From: Blasia pusilla
Lineage: Eukaryota
Assembly: GCA_050084515.1 (NCBI GenBank)
Contig: CM114271.1
Span: 3,968,001 to 4,032,000 of the forward strand
Reading direction: 5' to 3'
DNA length: 64,000 nt
In this document: positions 14,290 to 27,600 of the stretch, one piece after another
Position numbering within the stretch: the first letter of the stretch is position 1
Layout of the letters: each line of letters opens with the position of its first letter
Notes under the pieces: generated by a model
What the model was told of the DNA's origin: nothing
Database searches by the model: none
What the model saw: the letters and a program-made list of their open reading frames with translations, nothing else
Made by a program: the position numbers and the translations under genes

Positions 14290-15550
14290 GCTTGGACTAA
14301 TAAGAAAATCTGTTCCAAGTCTCGCAAGACTTGCCCGTGTTGTGAAGTGAGAAATTAGGAAGGTTGAGTTTGATGAGGTGCCGAGTTGAGAAGTCGGTAG
14401 GTTGGAAGGTGGACTGACCCACACCAGACTAACGCGAGTGTGTTTGGGTACAGATCAGCATTGGGAGCATGTCCTAATGAATGTACGCTTGCGCAACACT
14501 AAAGATTCAACTGGATATTCAACAGGAGTAGGCGCACGATAATCATGGAGTCAAAGTTGTAAATTATTTCCCACCAAGATATCATGGGAGTGATTTTAGA
14601 AGACTTAAGGAATGTTCTGGTTGGTTAAAATAATAATTGTTGGTGGGAAATTTCGCCAAGCCTTGCATGTAGTTCGTTATGGAGATCATCCAAAAATTAT
14701 TCAAGTTACACTAAAGAGGTTAGATGTAACCATCCTTTGTTAGTCATGATTAAATTAAAGAGTTTAAACATTAACTCAAAGGAACTCACGCCGCGAGGTT
14801 TGCGCTTTGAGAGGCGTTTGGAAGAGTCTCTTGGAAAAGTCTAAGAGACGAAACGTGGAACAGAGTTGTGCGTTTCATGCGTTAGTGGTCGCGACCAGAA
14901 ACCTAGACCAACGCGAGCCGAGACTTGAGATGAGTTGAGTCTCGGAGGTTGGTTGCCAAAAGGTAATAATTTGTTGCGTTTGGGGAGAATCTGACTGTGT
15001 TTAGGACCATAACGTTGAGCTCGAGATGCGTTTGGGACATAAAGGGCGCGTTGAAAGCTGATCTTGAGACGCTTCCAACGCATCAAAGGAAAACGATAAG
15101 TACAGGCTGAGATATTATTCAAAGCAATCGGGTTAGGGCCAATTGGAGGGGCAGGTGTCTTTCCTAAATGTTGAGATCCCCAGAAGTACTAGAACCTTCT
15201 CTGAGATGTCTCGGGAAACGAAACCCCACTTTGGGCGCCAAACGGCGTTTGAGGCACGGATGAAACAGAGTTTGGCGCTGAAACCCAAAGTTGATCCAAG
15301 GAGTGGAGCCACACTTGGATTCCATCCTTTAGATTATTCATGCGTTAGTCTTGGTGAGGAACTATTGGAAGATTAAAAGTCTTTCGAGACTTTGTTGGAA
15401 AGAAACTAGGAAGGTTGAGCTTGAAAGAGAGTAAAGTAATCCCGCTGATTGATCCAAGACCCGACTAACCGAAGTGCGTGTTTGGAAGTCAGAGAGCGTT
15501 GACTGACTCATCAACGCACGCTTCGCAACAAACAAGATTAACGTTCAAGG
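14290..15550 (+). repeat. Second locus of the 1780-3630 repeat family
   Basis: aatctgttccaagtctcgcaagacttgcccgtgttg...ccagactaac at 14307-14432 and ggtttgcgctttgag...gagtctcggagg at 14797-14948 match modules B and A. Confidence 0.75.
14574..14720 (+). pseudogene. Isolated Helitron PIF1 helicase fragment
   Basis: Reads QDIMG...GG(N)FRQALHVVRYGDHPKIIQVTLKR with a frameshift; homologous to the reverse complement of 3845-3995. Confidence 0.7.
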
Positions 15551-15999
15551 AGATAAGTGAAGGAAAGAGCCAATAAAAAAATAGACAAGAAAAACATGTC
15601 ATAAAGATGAGAGTAGGCCAAGAGGCTAGTGAAAAATACGATACGATGAGATCGTGGGTAGATGTGAGAAGATGAGATAAAGATACTAGAGTCTAAAAAA
15701 GATCCTCTCGTATTAGGAGAAGAGGCCACGTGGGATAAGGATGGGTAGAGCTAATTTGCTTTCATTGTATATATATCCCTAATTACATCAAGAAAGAGGA
15801 GAGGCATAGCCTTGAAGGACATTCTACTTTTGTGTTATTCTAGAGTGGCCTTATGAGTTTCATAGTTACATCATATTTATGACTTACAATGAATAATGAG
15901 AGTTCAAAATTTAGGAATGAACATGGGCATACAACTATAAGATTTTGAGGGTTGATTATTGGAGGTGGGAGATCGAGCTAATCATGTTGGACACAAAAT

Positions 16000-16110
16000 A
16001 TTTTTCTTGATGCTCGTCGAAGAGGAAACCTTTTCTTGCTACTTGATTGCCACATGTCAAATTAAGAGGTGTTTACAAATCAAGAAGACACTCCCCAATA
16101 ATAATATGGA
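16000..16110 (-). mobile_element. Mini-Helitron 5' end fragment
   Basis: Minus strand reads A|TCCATATTATTATTGGGGAGTGTCTTCTTGATTTGTA..., homologous to 41032-41140 and 12373-12480. Confidence 0.6.
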
Positions 16111-16837
16111 TGATAGATGACGCCCATTCAAACAAAAATATATAATTTATGACAATTTTTTAGAAGGATTATTCTTTAATATCACCTTTTTAGCCGATGT
16201 CGTACTACACTTTATTTTCTTTGTTATCTCTTTTTAATTCAATTCCCTCTCTCAAAACGACATCCTAGGAAGAGAGGTGTCCCAACACATTAGGAGATTT
16301 ATTCAAACCATGTTCTCTTTAAATTTCATGATGTAGATAAATTTGTAAAAATAAAATCTTCTTATTATACCTCCGTATCCGCACATGGCACGGCCCCTAC
16401 TAAAGAAGGGCCTCCCGCCGCTGCCCGCCTATCTTCCCCCTTCCCCGCACTCCTTTCCCATGCATCTCACTTCCTTTCCACTCGAGTTCCGTCGGAATCT
16501 GCGCAGATCGCTTCACAATTCCTCGCGGATAGCGGAGAGCAGGAGCGCCTCCGACCGCAGAGTTAGTGGTGGAAGTAGGAGGAGGAGGAGGAGGAGGAGT
16601 GCGCGCGCGGCGTTGCCTAGAAACCCCCACTTTCGTCGTTGGATGCTTGGATTCGAAAGGGGCACGGGGATTTGTGGGTGGGGGAGGGGGAGGGAGAGCA
16701 TCTGTCGGTTTTGCATAGGGTTAAGGTGTTGGGTGGGGCTAAGCAGAACTGCCTTTTGGCTTCTGCCGCGGCACCCACCTCTTACAGGTGGGGGAGGAGG
16801 GGCGGAGGGAGGGAGGGAGGGAGGAAGGGCAGGAGCG

Positions 16838-19800
16838 ATGGATGTCGATCCTCGAGATTACGAGCATGTGGTATGTGGTGCGCCTGGGGCTGTTGGGTTA
16901 TAGAAAGCGCAGTGGGAGTCGGTTGTGGGAATGTGAAATGAAATGAAACGAATCGTGTAATTGCTGCCGGTGGATCGTGCTTGGTGCCAGTGGCTTTGCC
17001 GCTTCTTCGATCGGTGCGAGGGAGCTTGGGTTCCGAGTCCGGAAGCTTGAGTGTTGGGGTTTTAGGCGAGAGAGTAGGTGCTGCTGCGACGCGTCTGGCG
17101 GTCAATCCGTCGACCTATATCAAGAATGGGTCCGTAGGCGATTTCGATCGGAATTGACCTGAATTTTGGGGGTTTGGGAAACGAGGAGAGACAAGAATCT
17201 CTCGCCGTGTGTGTCTCCTGAGCGGTTCTTGCGCCTGGTTACTGATGGCTGAGGGTTTTTTCATGAATGGAACGCCCCAGGATTCTGTGGGTCGGTGGAC
17301 TCCCGGGGTGATAATTCTGTGGGCGTAGTTTCTTGGCAGTCTTCGTTCGTTTTACTGTTCCGACGAATTCGGAGTAAAGAAATTGGAACAGCTGCTAAGG
17401 GAGCTCTTGTAGGCTCTACAGCATGGGCCCTGTCTTCTTTGATGTAGTGGAGACGGTTTTGGATGTAGTCGGGTGCACGAACTTAGGACTTCGTCACCGT
17501 CAGTTCGGAGACAGACGTGAGGGTCAGAACCTACCGATTGCTCAGAGCGCAACGCACTCTCCTCTTATTTTTTAACGTACACCTTTGCGTGCACCAGTCC
17601 TTCGAAGCTGCGTTTTTCAGTTCCCTTCACTAAATGCGATTGTTAGAATTCACCGGTGAACCTTCGCCTCAAAATATGGGATCCAAAGGCGTGATGTTAA
17701 AGGGGAGTTTGTCAGTGTACTTATCTGAGGATGTGCCCATCCTGGGTCGAGCTTCTTTCTCTTCAGTATAAACTTGTACTGATTAGGGAAGAAGGATGGT
17801 CAGGACGAATTGGTTTTTTTTTTGGGCGAATTAAAGGTTGCCTGATGCGGTTTGCATATTTGTTGACTCAACGTTGCTGTCTACTGGCATGCTCTATGCA
17901 GAAAATAAATGACAGCGATGTGCGGAAAATAGTGTTGTCGTATCTTGTACATAATTGTTTCAAGGAGACTGCCGAGACCTTCATAACATGCACAGGAATG
18001 AAGCGTTCAGCAGATTGTTCTGTTGATATTGACAAGAGGAAACGTAGGTTTCTGACCTTGACTTTTGAATATGAGTAGTAGCAAAAACACAATCGAAATT
18101 AGAGGCTAATGTAAGTCAGGTTAAAGCCAAAGAATGAAGGTTCTGTTCAAAGTTCCACTGCTTCCAAAGCCTGGTTTTCTACGAGGTTCTGTTCTTTCCA
18201 AACTCCACTACAGATAGGCAAGTACCAAGAGATAGGATGAGCAGAGAATGCTGCTGGTCACCATGTGGAAGCCAAGACACTTCTGAACTGTCCAAGGCTT
18301 TTGATGAATTCCTAAGTTAAAAGTATCCTGCATTTGATGCTTTTGGGAGTTCATATGTGTCAATCTCTCCTTCCTAAATGGAAAGCTATCCATTGAAAGT
18401 TGAGATATTTCGTGGAAACTGGAGTCATGTCAATCCACCTACTTGGAGACATGATATTTTCATTGGCCGTTTGAGAATTCCTAGCCTCTTTCAGACCGCC
18501 ACAACCTGCCGGGATGATGCAGAAGTAAAGATATCCCTGTTGAGAATGACTGAAGGACATTGAGGAACTGTCCTTCCTGAAAGGATTCGCCACAAGTGTC
18601 TTGTTGAGAGCTGCCCTCTGAAACATTCTACATGAAGTACTAGGAATGTAGGAGGTGCAGAGATGAAGCTGTCATAACCTATTGCAGATATGCTCTTTGT
18701 GTTGCAGCAATATACAAGCATGTAATGGATGGGAACGTGATGAAAGCTATTGAGTTAACAAATCAGCTGGCAGCTGACTTGTTGCAGTCAAATAAAGATG
18801 TTTATTTCGACCTTTTAACACTACATTTTGTTGAGCTTGTCCGCTCCAAAGACTGGTAAGTGATCTTAACCTAAAGTAACTCCCGGTATGCACTTCTCTG
18901 GGGTCCCTATGGATGAGAAATCAATCCATTCAGTCTCTCCATTTTATGATTTGGGCCAGCAATTCAGAAATGTGAAGTGACCAAGATCTGTAGTCTAGTT
19001 ACCTGGATGACTTCTCTTGACTCACTGTCACATGATATCACATTGAAATATTTTTGTTCAAGTGTAAGTCATACTTATCGAGGCTGATACTTGATGTATA
19101 TGAGGCCTGACATGATGGTTCCGATATGAAAGTTTGACCTCACAAGGAAATGACAGAGAGCTTTATGTCGATAAGGTAACAATTATGAGATGATATCTGT
19201 GTCCGTAACTTTGCACTTCGTCTAGCAGTACAGGTGCTTTGGAGTTTGCTCAAAAGGAGCTTAGACCATTTGGCAAACAAGACAAGTACTTGGAGAGGCT
19301 TCAAGTAAGTCTGCCAATGTCCAAAGTATCAAGAATCTTTATGTCATTGCTTTGTCTGTTTAGATAATACTTACAGGAAGCAATGCAAAACTGTTTTTGT
19401 TGGAGGTGTCTGCAAAGGTTTCTGTTCATAATGCTTGTTAGAAAAATGGATACAGCTATTGCCTTGCTCTGCTGAGAAATTTTTTAATGGTGTTTGAAGA
19501 TCTTTTTGCCTTTTCTTATGCTTTTCCTTTCGTAGATAATTCCAACGACAGGGAGATGTAGTTAATGGTGTGATGGCAAGGTGGCATGAACATGTTTGTA
19601 GCATATCATTTCATTTCATTAGGCTGTGTTCATGCTTGTGGAGAAGTATCATCACTGCCCGCGTGGTTGAGTAGCGCAGGATTGCATGGCGTTGTTGGCC
19701 TATGAAGACCCAGAGACGTCACCATTGTTTTCACTGCTGAGTATGGATCACCGCCAAAGTATTGCTGACGCCTTAAATCGTGCCGTCTTAGGCAGGTGCA

Positions 19801-20771
19801 TTCACCCTGCGTTGTGTGGATTCTTTCAAATCTCTCTGAAGTTTATCCGACTTTGCTCGTTTGGCTCTGCCCATGTTGCAGGAAGGGAAGGGCAAGTCCA
19901 GAAGGTCCTGAGGGAATATGTCGTCCTTGTTTGAAAAGTTGCAGGGATCATATCCTGGATTGGATTCATGTGCTTAGTTCTGAAGAATATGCAGCCAGGT
20001 GTGAGTCAACTACTAGTACATAGACAGCCAAGGCATAAAATCGAAGTATATTGTGGATATGTTGTGAGCATTCTGCCTAAGCTTGTCCAGAGTTTGACCT
20101 CTTCCTATCTGTGTTTTTTAATCAGTGCATGCTAATCTTCCGAGCTACACATCAATGGAGAGACTTATACAGCACATAACAGTTGTGAGACAGCGACTAC
20201 ATCAGGAACTTGGAAAGGTGTGATCAACAAACATGAATGTCTAGTTATTGAATTTCTTACAAGCTTTATTACTCCGATCTTGAGCATTTCTAGATTCTTG
20301 AGTGTGATATTTTCATCTTTTTACTTTTCTTCTAGATTTCTTCTAGATATCTAGAGCATAGGCTCTTTGCTTCTAGTTGGAAGAGCGAATTCCGTCCACT
20401 ATGATCATGTAGATTGGTGTCCACGACTGGCCAAGAGCTTGGAACTTTTCTGCACTTGTTTGTTTTCTCTCAAGTTACATCATGACTGACAATAGAAAAT
20501 ACTATCAGAGTTTGGACTGTTTCTTTCTGGTGGTATCACTAAATATTTCCGTTTTGCAAGAGTTAAGTACATAGGGTGGGTACAAAGTAGTATTTCCAGA
20601 GTGGGAGTAGGACTAAAATTGGCAAGGAAATTTAATCTGTATTTATGGGATTGTTTGTTTCAGTTTTGGGGAAACTCTTTTCCCGATGTTGGGACAGTTT
20701 CAGTGACATCTTCATTGTGATTACAGGATGGACCTCCAACTTTTGGCTTGACTACATTTCTGAAAAGTTGA
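16838..20771 (+). CDS. GID8: LisH/CTLH/CRA-domain protein, GID8-like subunit of the CTLH E3 ligase (7 exons)
   Basis: Exons 16838-16870, 17902-18043, 18708-18855, 19229-19304, 19680-19791, 20126-20217 and 20727-20771 splice in frame. Protein: MDVDPRDYEHV-KINDSDVRKIVLSYLVHNCFKETAETF (LisH)...KAIELTNQL...VYFDLLTLHFVELVR (CTLH)...ALEFAQKEL...DCMALLAYEDPETSPL...RQSIADALNRAVL (CRA)...FLKS*. The symbol means family-level similarity; orthology is untested. Confidence 0.88.
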
Positions 20772-21600
20772 GGTTGCTCGTAAAAGCATTGGGGATGATG
20801 CTTGTATTGAGCAACTGTCCTGACCTCGCTCATCTTCTCAATACTTATCAGGAGTCAGGATCATGACTTGCAAGGAGCAGTGGTAGCTACCTGTGCTTGA
20901 GTGAATTGGCATGTTGTAAATCTTGGAGATTACAACAACCAACAGTTTCACTACTTCATATTGATTTTGAAGTTGTGACCTGGTCATACACTCCTCTGGA
21001 GATAATGTTGCTGTCTCCAGGGAAACGTCAAATGACAGATTGGGTGAATGTACAGTATAGTTTGGCAGGTCACCTGAGCTCGCTTGCAACACAGAAAGGG
21101 TCAGTTCTACCGCCATAGCCATAGAGCCCTTTTCAGTGGTCTTGCAAGATCTAAGTAGTAGTAAGACCAGAAGAAAGTTCAACTGTTACTTCAACCTACA
21201 GGCAAATGTGTACAAATGCATCGAATGGAGAATTGAAGATTCGTTTCTGTTCAGATGTGAGTAACAGTTGTTTCTGGCAAGTCACGATTCGTTTCAGGAA
21301 TGTAAGAGGATTTGCAGTTTCTCTCATATGCAAAGGAAAGAAGAATTTTGTCTCTACAATTTATGTGTCTACCATATTGGCTGTCGACATGATGACATGG
21401 TATTAGCACTTGGTGGGATTTTCTGAATGAATGTCGTTAGAATAAAGTGGAGAATGGAATGGAAGACTTGGTTCAGTGCATGGATTGGCTTTGAACTTTA
21501 CAACACTTGAAGCTTGAATCTACTAGACCAAATTTCAAGTAAGAATATGGAGTGGAGCTCTTATTGATTGGTCTCTCTCTCATCAACTCCTCTCTCTCTC

Positions 21601-22380
21601 GGTGACATTGCCAAGTTGAAATGGCAGAGGCAGGTGGAGACAATGGACTCCCATGGCTACCCTAAAGAGGTGATGGGGAAAACTTGAACCCAAAGTAGAC
21701 CTGACCTGCAAAGCAGGCCAAATCTGTGGGAGCAAGATGAGAAAGCATTTGTGGATACCATAACCAAAAGCAGTGGGCAGATGCACACAGCAAAACAACA
21801 CGAAGGAAGCCATGAAAATGTCTGACCTCTCTTGACCGTATATCCTGAACAGATAGAACTGAAGAACTACTACTGGGGAACCCCTAGCTTGGGAACCCGA
21901 TTTAAGTTCAAGTTTAGGAAGGAGGCAATCCCCTTGAACCATAAGAAATGCAGGATGGGAATAGAACTAAATTCTTGTGCCTTGAGTGATGATTGAGGAT
22001 GAAACCTCTGGTCACAACGTTATCTCCCACACAATACTCACAAGAACAAGAGCATATGAGGATATTACTAAGTTGGTAACACAAAGATTTTTGAACACTT
22101 TCAGTAGCCTACATTCATAGCCCGAAGCTGTTGGATTGGTAACTACGGTTTATTGGGGAGTAGATGGTGTGGTTAGGAGCTTCTTGGTTGACACTTGGAA
22201 GCTCCGCACCAACATGTTCTTTGGTTTGCAATCACATTTTATGAGAGTGTCTACCTCCTCTCATATGGTACCTTGTTCACTTCTTCCTCTTTCTACACCT
22301 ATCCCAGTCTTAAGCACTGTCCAACCAAGGCACGAGATCTATGGTTGTAAGGTTACAACATACACTACTTAATGAGTGCA
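21601..22380 (+). mobile_element. 5'-truncated LINE copy 1 (3' portion)
   Basis: Homologous to 23188-24050; ends cactacttaatgagtgcaatctat followed by (CT)n. Confidence 0.85.
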
Positions 22381-22381
22381 A

Positions 22382-22385
<4 letters not shown>

Positions 22386-22419
<34 letters not shown>
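22386..22419 (+). repeat. (CT)n microsatellite, probable LINE tail
   Basis: About 16 CT units between two LINE copies. Confidence 0.9.
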
Positions 22420-22421
<2 letters not shown>

Positions 22422-24051
22422 GCGGGGCTGAGAGGGAAAATGTGGAGGGTGGTGGAGAAGATGTACCAGAACACAAGGAGTAGAGTTATGGTGAATGGCC
22501 AAAAGAGTGGGACATTCGACATCAAGCAAGGAGTGGCTCAAGGATGCCCGCTCTCCCCCACCCTCTTCAACATTTTCGTGAATTCCCTATTGGAAGAAAT
22601 GGAGGATAGTGGACTAGGCATACGGGTGGGCAATAACTCTATTGTTGCCCTCATGTTTGCTGATGACTTTGGTGGCCTCGAGGAAACAGGAGAGAAACTC
22701 CAAGAGATGATCTCCATGACCAAAATCTGGTGTGACATGTGGGGCATGGAGGCAAATGTCTTGAAGTGCGGTGTGATGATTTTCAATGGCAAGGAGGAGG
22801 ACCAAGACCAACAAAGTGGTACTAGGGGTGACCAAGAGATCCCCGTGTGGCTACCTACACCTATCGGGCATAGAATTCTCGGAAGATTGCATGTGGGATG
22901 CACACATCAAGAAGACTACCGAGAAAGGCCACAAGAAGGTGAACGGTCGTCAGATTCCTCTGATGCCGGGACATCACATCGTAAAGTAAAGCGCTGTGTC
23001 ATTTTGCATACCATTCGTCCCTCGCTGGAATACGGGCAGCAGTGTGGGATGCCAACACCAAACAAAGGGATAGGCTTGAAGTCGCGGCAACCTGGTGAAG
23101 GCGTTTGGGTATGATGTCAACTTCATCACGAACAGCCCAGCGTTGGTGTGAGATCGAACTAGGTGTGGAACCCTTGGAGGATAGACGTGACATCGCCAAG
23201 TTGAAATGGCGGAGGCAGCCGGAAACAATGGACTCCCATCGCTATCCTAAAGAGGTGATGGGGAAAACTGGACCCAAAGAAGACCCGTAAAAGCAGGCCA
23301 AATCTTGGACGGAAAAGGTTCAAGAGATTGTGCAAGCATCCAAGCTCCCAGCAGGCCTGAATCGTGGGAGCAAGATGAGAAAGCATTTGTGGATACCATA
23401 ACCAAAGCGGTGGGCAAACGCTCACAGCAGAACAAAGACGGAGGAAGCCATGAAAATGTCGACCTCTCTCTCTTTGAAAATATCCCGAGAGGGCAGAATG
23501 AAGAACTATTTGCGGGGAACCCCTTGCTTGGGAACCCGGCTCAAGTTCAAGTTAGGGGACGGGGCAATCCCCTTGAACCATAAGAAAAGCATGATGGGAA
23601 CACAACTAAACTCTTGCGCCTTTGTGTGACGATGGGGACGAAACCTCTAGTCATTACTTGGTCTCTGCGCCAAAATTCACAACACAGAGCAAGAGCATAT
23701 CTTTGATATTGCTAAGTCGGGTAGCACCAGAATTGTTCAACACATTCAAGAGCCTTGATTCATTGCCCAAAGTGATTCTTTGACCTGGTAAGTAATGTCT
23801 ATTGGGGATCCCAATCAGGTAAAGTAGATTGTGTGGTGAAGAGTTTCTTGGTTGACACTTGGAAGCTCCGCACAAACACGTTGTTTGGTCAGCACTCACA
23901 CTATATGAGAATGTCTCCCTCCTCTCATATGGTACCTTCTTCACTTGCTTCTCTCTCTACACCCATCCCAGTCTCAAGCACCGTCCAACCAGGGCGCGGG
24001 GTCTATGGTTGCAAGGCTACGAGAGACACTACTTAATGAGTACAGTCTCTC
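22420..24051 (+). mobile_element. 5'-truncated non-LTR retrotransposon (LINE, RTE-X-like) with RT remnant
   Basis: ORF 22341-23114 has RT motifs GVAQGCPLSPTLFNIFVN, LMFADD and later RPSLEYG. A frameshifted C-terminal C-x2-C...H...C knuckle (LCAFV/DDGDETSSHYLVSC) follows. 3' end is tacttaatgagtacagtctctct. Clade assignment is tentative. Confidence 0.85.
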
Positions 24052-24055
24052 TAAG

Positions 24056-24630
24056 CCTTGGACAAAAGGTTCATGAGATTGTACAAGCAACCAAGCTCCA
24101 AGTAGCCCTATAGAGATCCTTGAGAAAGTATTTGAGGATACTATACCAAAGTAGTGTGCAAACGCTCACAGCTAAACAACATGGAGGAAGCCATAAAAAA
24201 GTTTGACCTCATTCTCTTGACGATATACCATGAATAGGCTAAACTGAAGAACTACTTGCAGGGAACCCCTTGCTTGGGAGCCTGACTTAAGTTCGAGTTT
24301 AGGATGGGAGAAATCCCCTTGAACCATCAAAAAAGCACGATGGGAATAAAACTAAACTCTTGCGCCTTGTGTGATGTTGGGAATGAGACCTCTAGTCATA
24401 AAATTATTCTCCTGCACAAAATTCACAACACACAGAGCAAGAGCACATGTTGATATTTCTAAGGTGGTAACACCAAATTTTTTGAACACAATCAATATCC
24501 TAGATTCATTGCCCAAAGTTGTTGCATTGGCAAGCAATGTTTATTGGGGATCCCAACATGAATGGTGTGGTGAAGAGCTTCTTGGTTGATACTTGGAAGC
24601 TCCGAACCAATACCTTATATGGTTAGCACT
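24056..24630 (+). mobile_element. LINE copy 3 (internal 3' fragment)
   Basis: cttggacaaaaggttcatgagattg... aligns to 23304-23895; truncated at both ends. Confidence 0.8.
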
Positions 24631-24683
24631 TATGGTGGAATTAAAGACATATTTTAGCACTTACGGTGGAAGTACTTCAAGAA

Positions 24684-27600
24684 ATGATGGCAACACCCCC
24701 AACTAGGCAGACCATAAGGAAGAACAAATATGGCCGATCCAAATCACGCTTGGGGAAAAAGAAAAAGAAAGTATGAATTAGTGAAGAGATTGATTCATTT
24801 GTGAACTATTTCCCTTCTAGAGTACATAGTCTCTATTTGCTAGCTTCAAATGTATATTCTTACTTTTATTCATGTATTTAGTGGATGGTGGTGATATTTC
24901 TTCTTACTTTTTACTGTTTTGTTTGCACATGCATTGCAGATTGCGTAGATGGAGACTATCCGAACTTGGATCCGGAAGTCATTGTGCTTGATGTTAGCCG
25001 TGTTTCATAGCATGTCTTCTGGATAGATGTACTATTTTCAGACATTTGGACATCTTTTTAGTAGTTTTTGTTCCTATAACACCGTTACTCACCGGAACAT
25101 TTTTCATTAGGCTTTTTTCTTGTCTACTAGAGTACTATGTATCAGACTTGTTCGCTGGTTTTTCACGAGTTGCAACATTGGTTGGGCCCATACTAGCGGG
25201 CTTGTTATAGATTATGTAATGCCATATTAGGACATGCTACTACTTTGCATACCACCTCCTTATGCAAAGAGTATGGAAATCTGAATTGAAGCCGTTGGAA
25301 ATTCCCTTTAATGTTATCATGTATGCTTTGTGTTTGGTGAAACGTTGTTGCATGCTTCAGCAACTTATGAGTTACATAATTTACTCAAGAAAAAGTTGTG
25401 ATCATTCTTCTGCCCTTGGAAACCATTGTCATTTCCACAGGGAAACCATATTACAGATGGTGGAAACTATTCGACACTTTGCGGAAACCATTTAGACAAT
25501 CAGGGAAACCATTCAGATATTAAAGGAGATCATTCAGTCATCGAGGGAAACCATTCAGACACCTGGGAAACAATTCCATTTACAGCAGAGCCACTCCATT
25601 TCCTTAGAACACCATTTCTTGTACATGATTGGTGAAAGTTTGTAGTACAAAGTGAACCAATTATTAATCCCATATTTGAGATCATTGCATGCACACTTTA
25701 AACCCATTCCCTATCTTGCATCATGCTATATACATGAAGATTGACTTTGTATAGTAATTTCTGCTTGTTGCAAATGCGTTCATGGTTTACACATTGTAAA
25801 GCATGTCTGAAAATTTATTTCACATATGTCCTTCTCCATCTCATACAGGAAATAACATCAACTACGTTGCCCCTTTGCTGGATAGAAATTGATTCTTGCC
25901 ATGGACATCAGGGTAGAGCCCTTACATGTTGCGTCTCTTACACAACGAATACTCTCCATGAAGAAGGTTGTGATTCAAGTAGATATTCCCTTTGGAAATA
26001 TCGCAGCCAAAGACCTTCAATGGGATGATGATCATGTGGCGTATGTTCCTTGGGAGAGGATATATGATTTTGTTGATGGCGAGGGTGTTGGAGATGGAAG
26101 AAACGCCACTAAGTTTTTGAAAGGAACATCCAAATTGTGTAAGGGCTCATCGGGGGTGGTGAATGGACAGGGTTCAACATATACAATGTACTGTTGCGCA
26201 TATGGCCCAAATGACTTACGCCATTTGCAACAAGAAGTGGTACATAAGTGCGTGCTCTCTTTGCTTCCAAGCGTTTAAATGTTGATATGTATGAGCATGG
26301 AGATTAACATTAAATTATGCAATGTTGATGCTTTGCTTTGAAACCAACAAGGTATATGTTCAGGAAAAATTTCCATCGTCCTATAACATTATTTATGGTG
26401 GCTTTTTTCATAGGTTTGCAATCCCCAAAAGTGGAAGAGGTAGTAGGCCTCGTGGACAGATTATAAATCGGGGTGGGTGCCAATGTCATCTTTTGGTCCC
26501 AGAAATCATCACTCCTTCACATGTGGCAAAAATCACTTACAAAAATAGGGCTCATATGGATAAATCCAACAAGCCATGCCATGGACAGGATGACCATGAC
26601 TCCTTAGGTACACGAAAGATGTTTGCTCCTCAGATTTCACATGGTCTAAAGAGCTATGTAGCAGGAAGGCTCCGCTTGGGGATAAAGCCCCACCACATCC
26701 AAGCAGAGCATTCTAAGATATTGAAGCAATGTTCATTGACGGATCCTAACTTTAAGGAGAGTTTGACTCAAGATGACTTCATGCAGATGCATGATATAAG
26801 AAACATAAAAAAGAAATTGGATAAGGAGACATTTCAGTTTTCAATAAATGACAATGAATCTCTGAGTTTGTTTGCAGAGTATTATCATGAGAAGGTCTTC
26901 ATATATCAGCCTTACATGGATGATTATTCATCTTGGGATTCCAAACCCAATGGCAACTTGAAGCACTAGTAAAATATGGACACGTTGGCGCTTTGAGCAT
27001 GGATAGCACATTTGGAACTAATCGTAACAGGGTAAAACCCACTTTATTTCCTATTATTTAAGCTAAATGTTTAGGATCTATATATAATGGTAGATTTTCA
27101 GTAATTTTGCATTGAATTTTTGCAACCATGCTTTTAACATATGTTGATTGATCTTTTCAAGTTTCCACTCTAGACCTTGCTCGTGTTTGACAATCATCAC
27201 TCTGGAATACCTATTGCTTGGATTCTCACATCCAATTAAAAAGAGGTGTACTTGGGAAGATGGTTGAAAGCTATTTTTGAGAAGTGTAGAGGGATTCAAC
27301 CGAATTGGGAGCCAAACGCCATAATCGTGGACGATGCAATGGCTGAACAAAATGCAATCAGGTGAGATATTAACTCTCTCACATACCAGTTTGGAGGGAG
27401 CTTTGTAAACTATAATACAGATTAAAGAAGAGATGTTGGCATATTGTATGTCAGAGTATTACAGTGCATAAATAGAAACCATTCCATATACTAACAAATA
27501 GTGTGTTTCTTGGAAACCATTCCGTTAGGGCAACTTTTCCAACAACATATGTCATCTTATGTATATGGCATGTCCGACATGACTGGTTAAAGCAGTTGAA

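Noticed and set aside
16385..16837. In-frame 151-aa N-terminal extension of the GID8-like ORF
   Set aside because: Low-complexity GGA/GGGA-rich sequence typical of a promoter or 5' UTR; the family-like sequence starts at 16838.
25418..25616. Possible CRISPR-like array
   Set aside because: The core is only 10 bp with ~11-bp related spacers, there are no cas genes, and the context is eukaryotic; it is a minisatellite.
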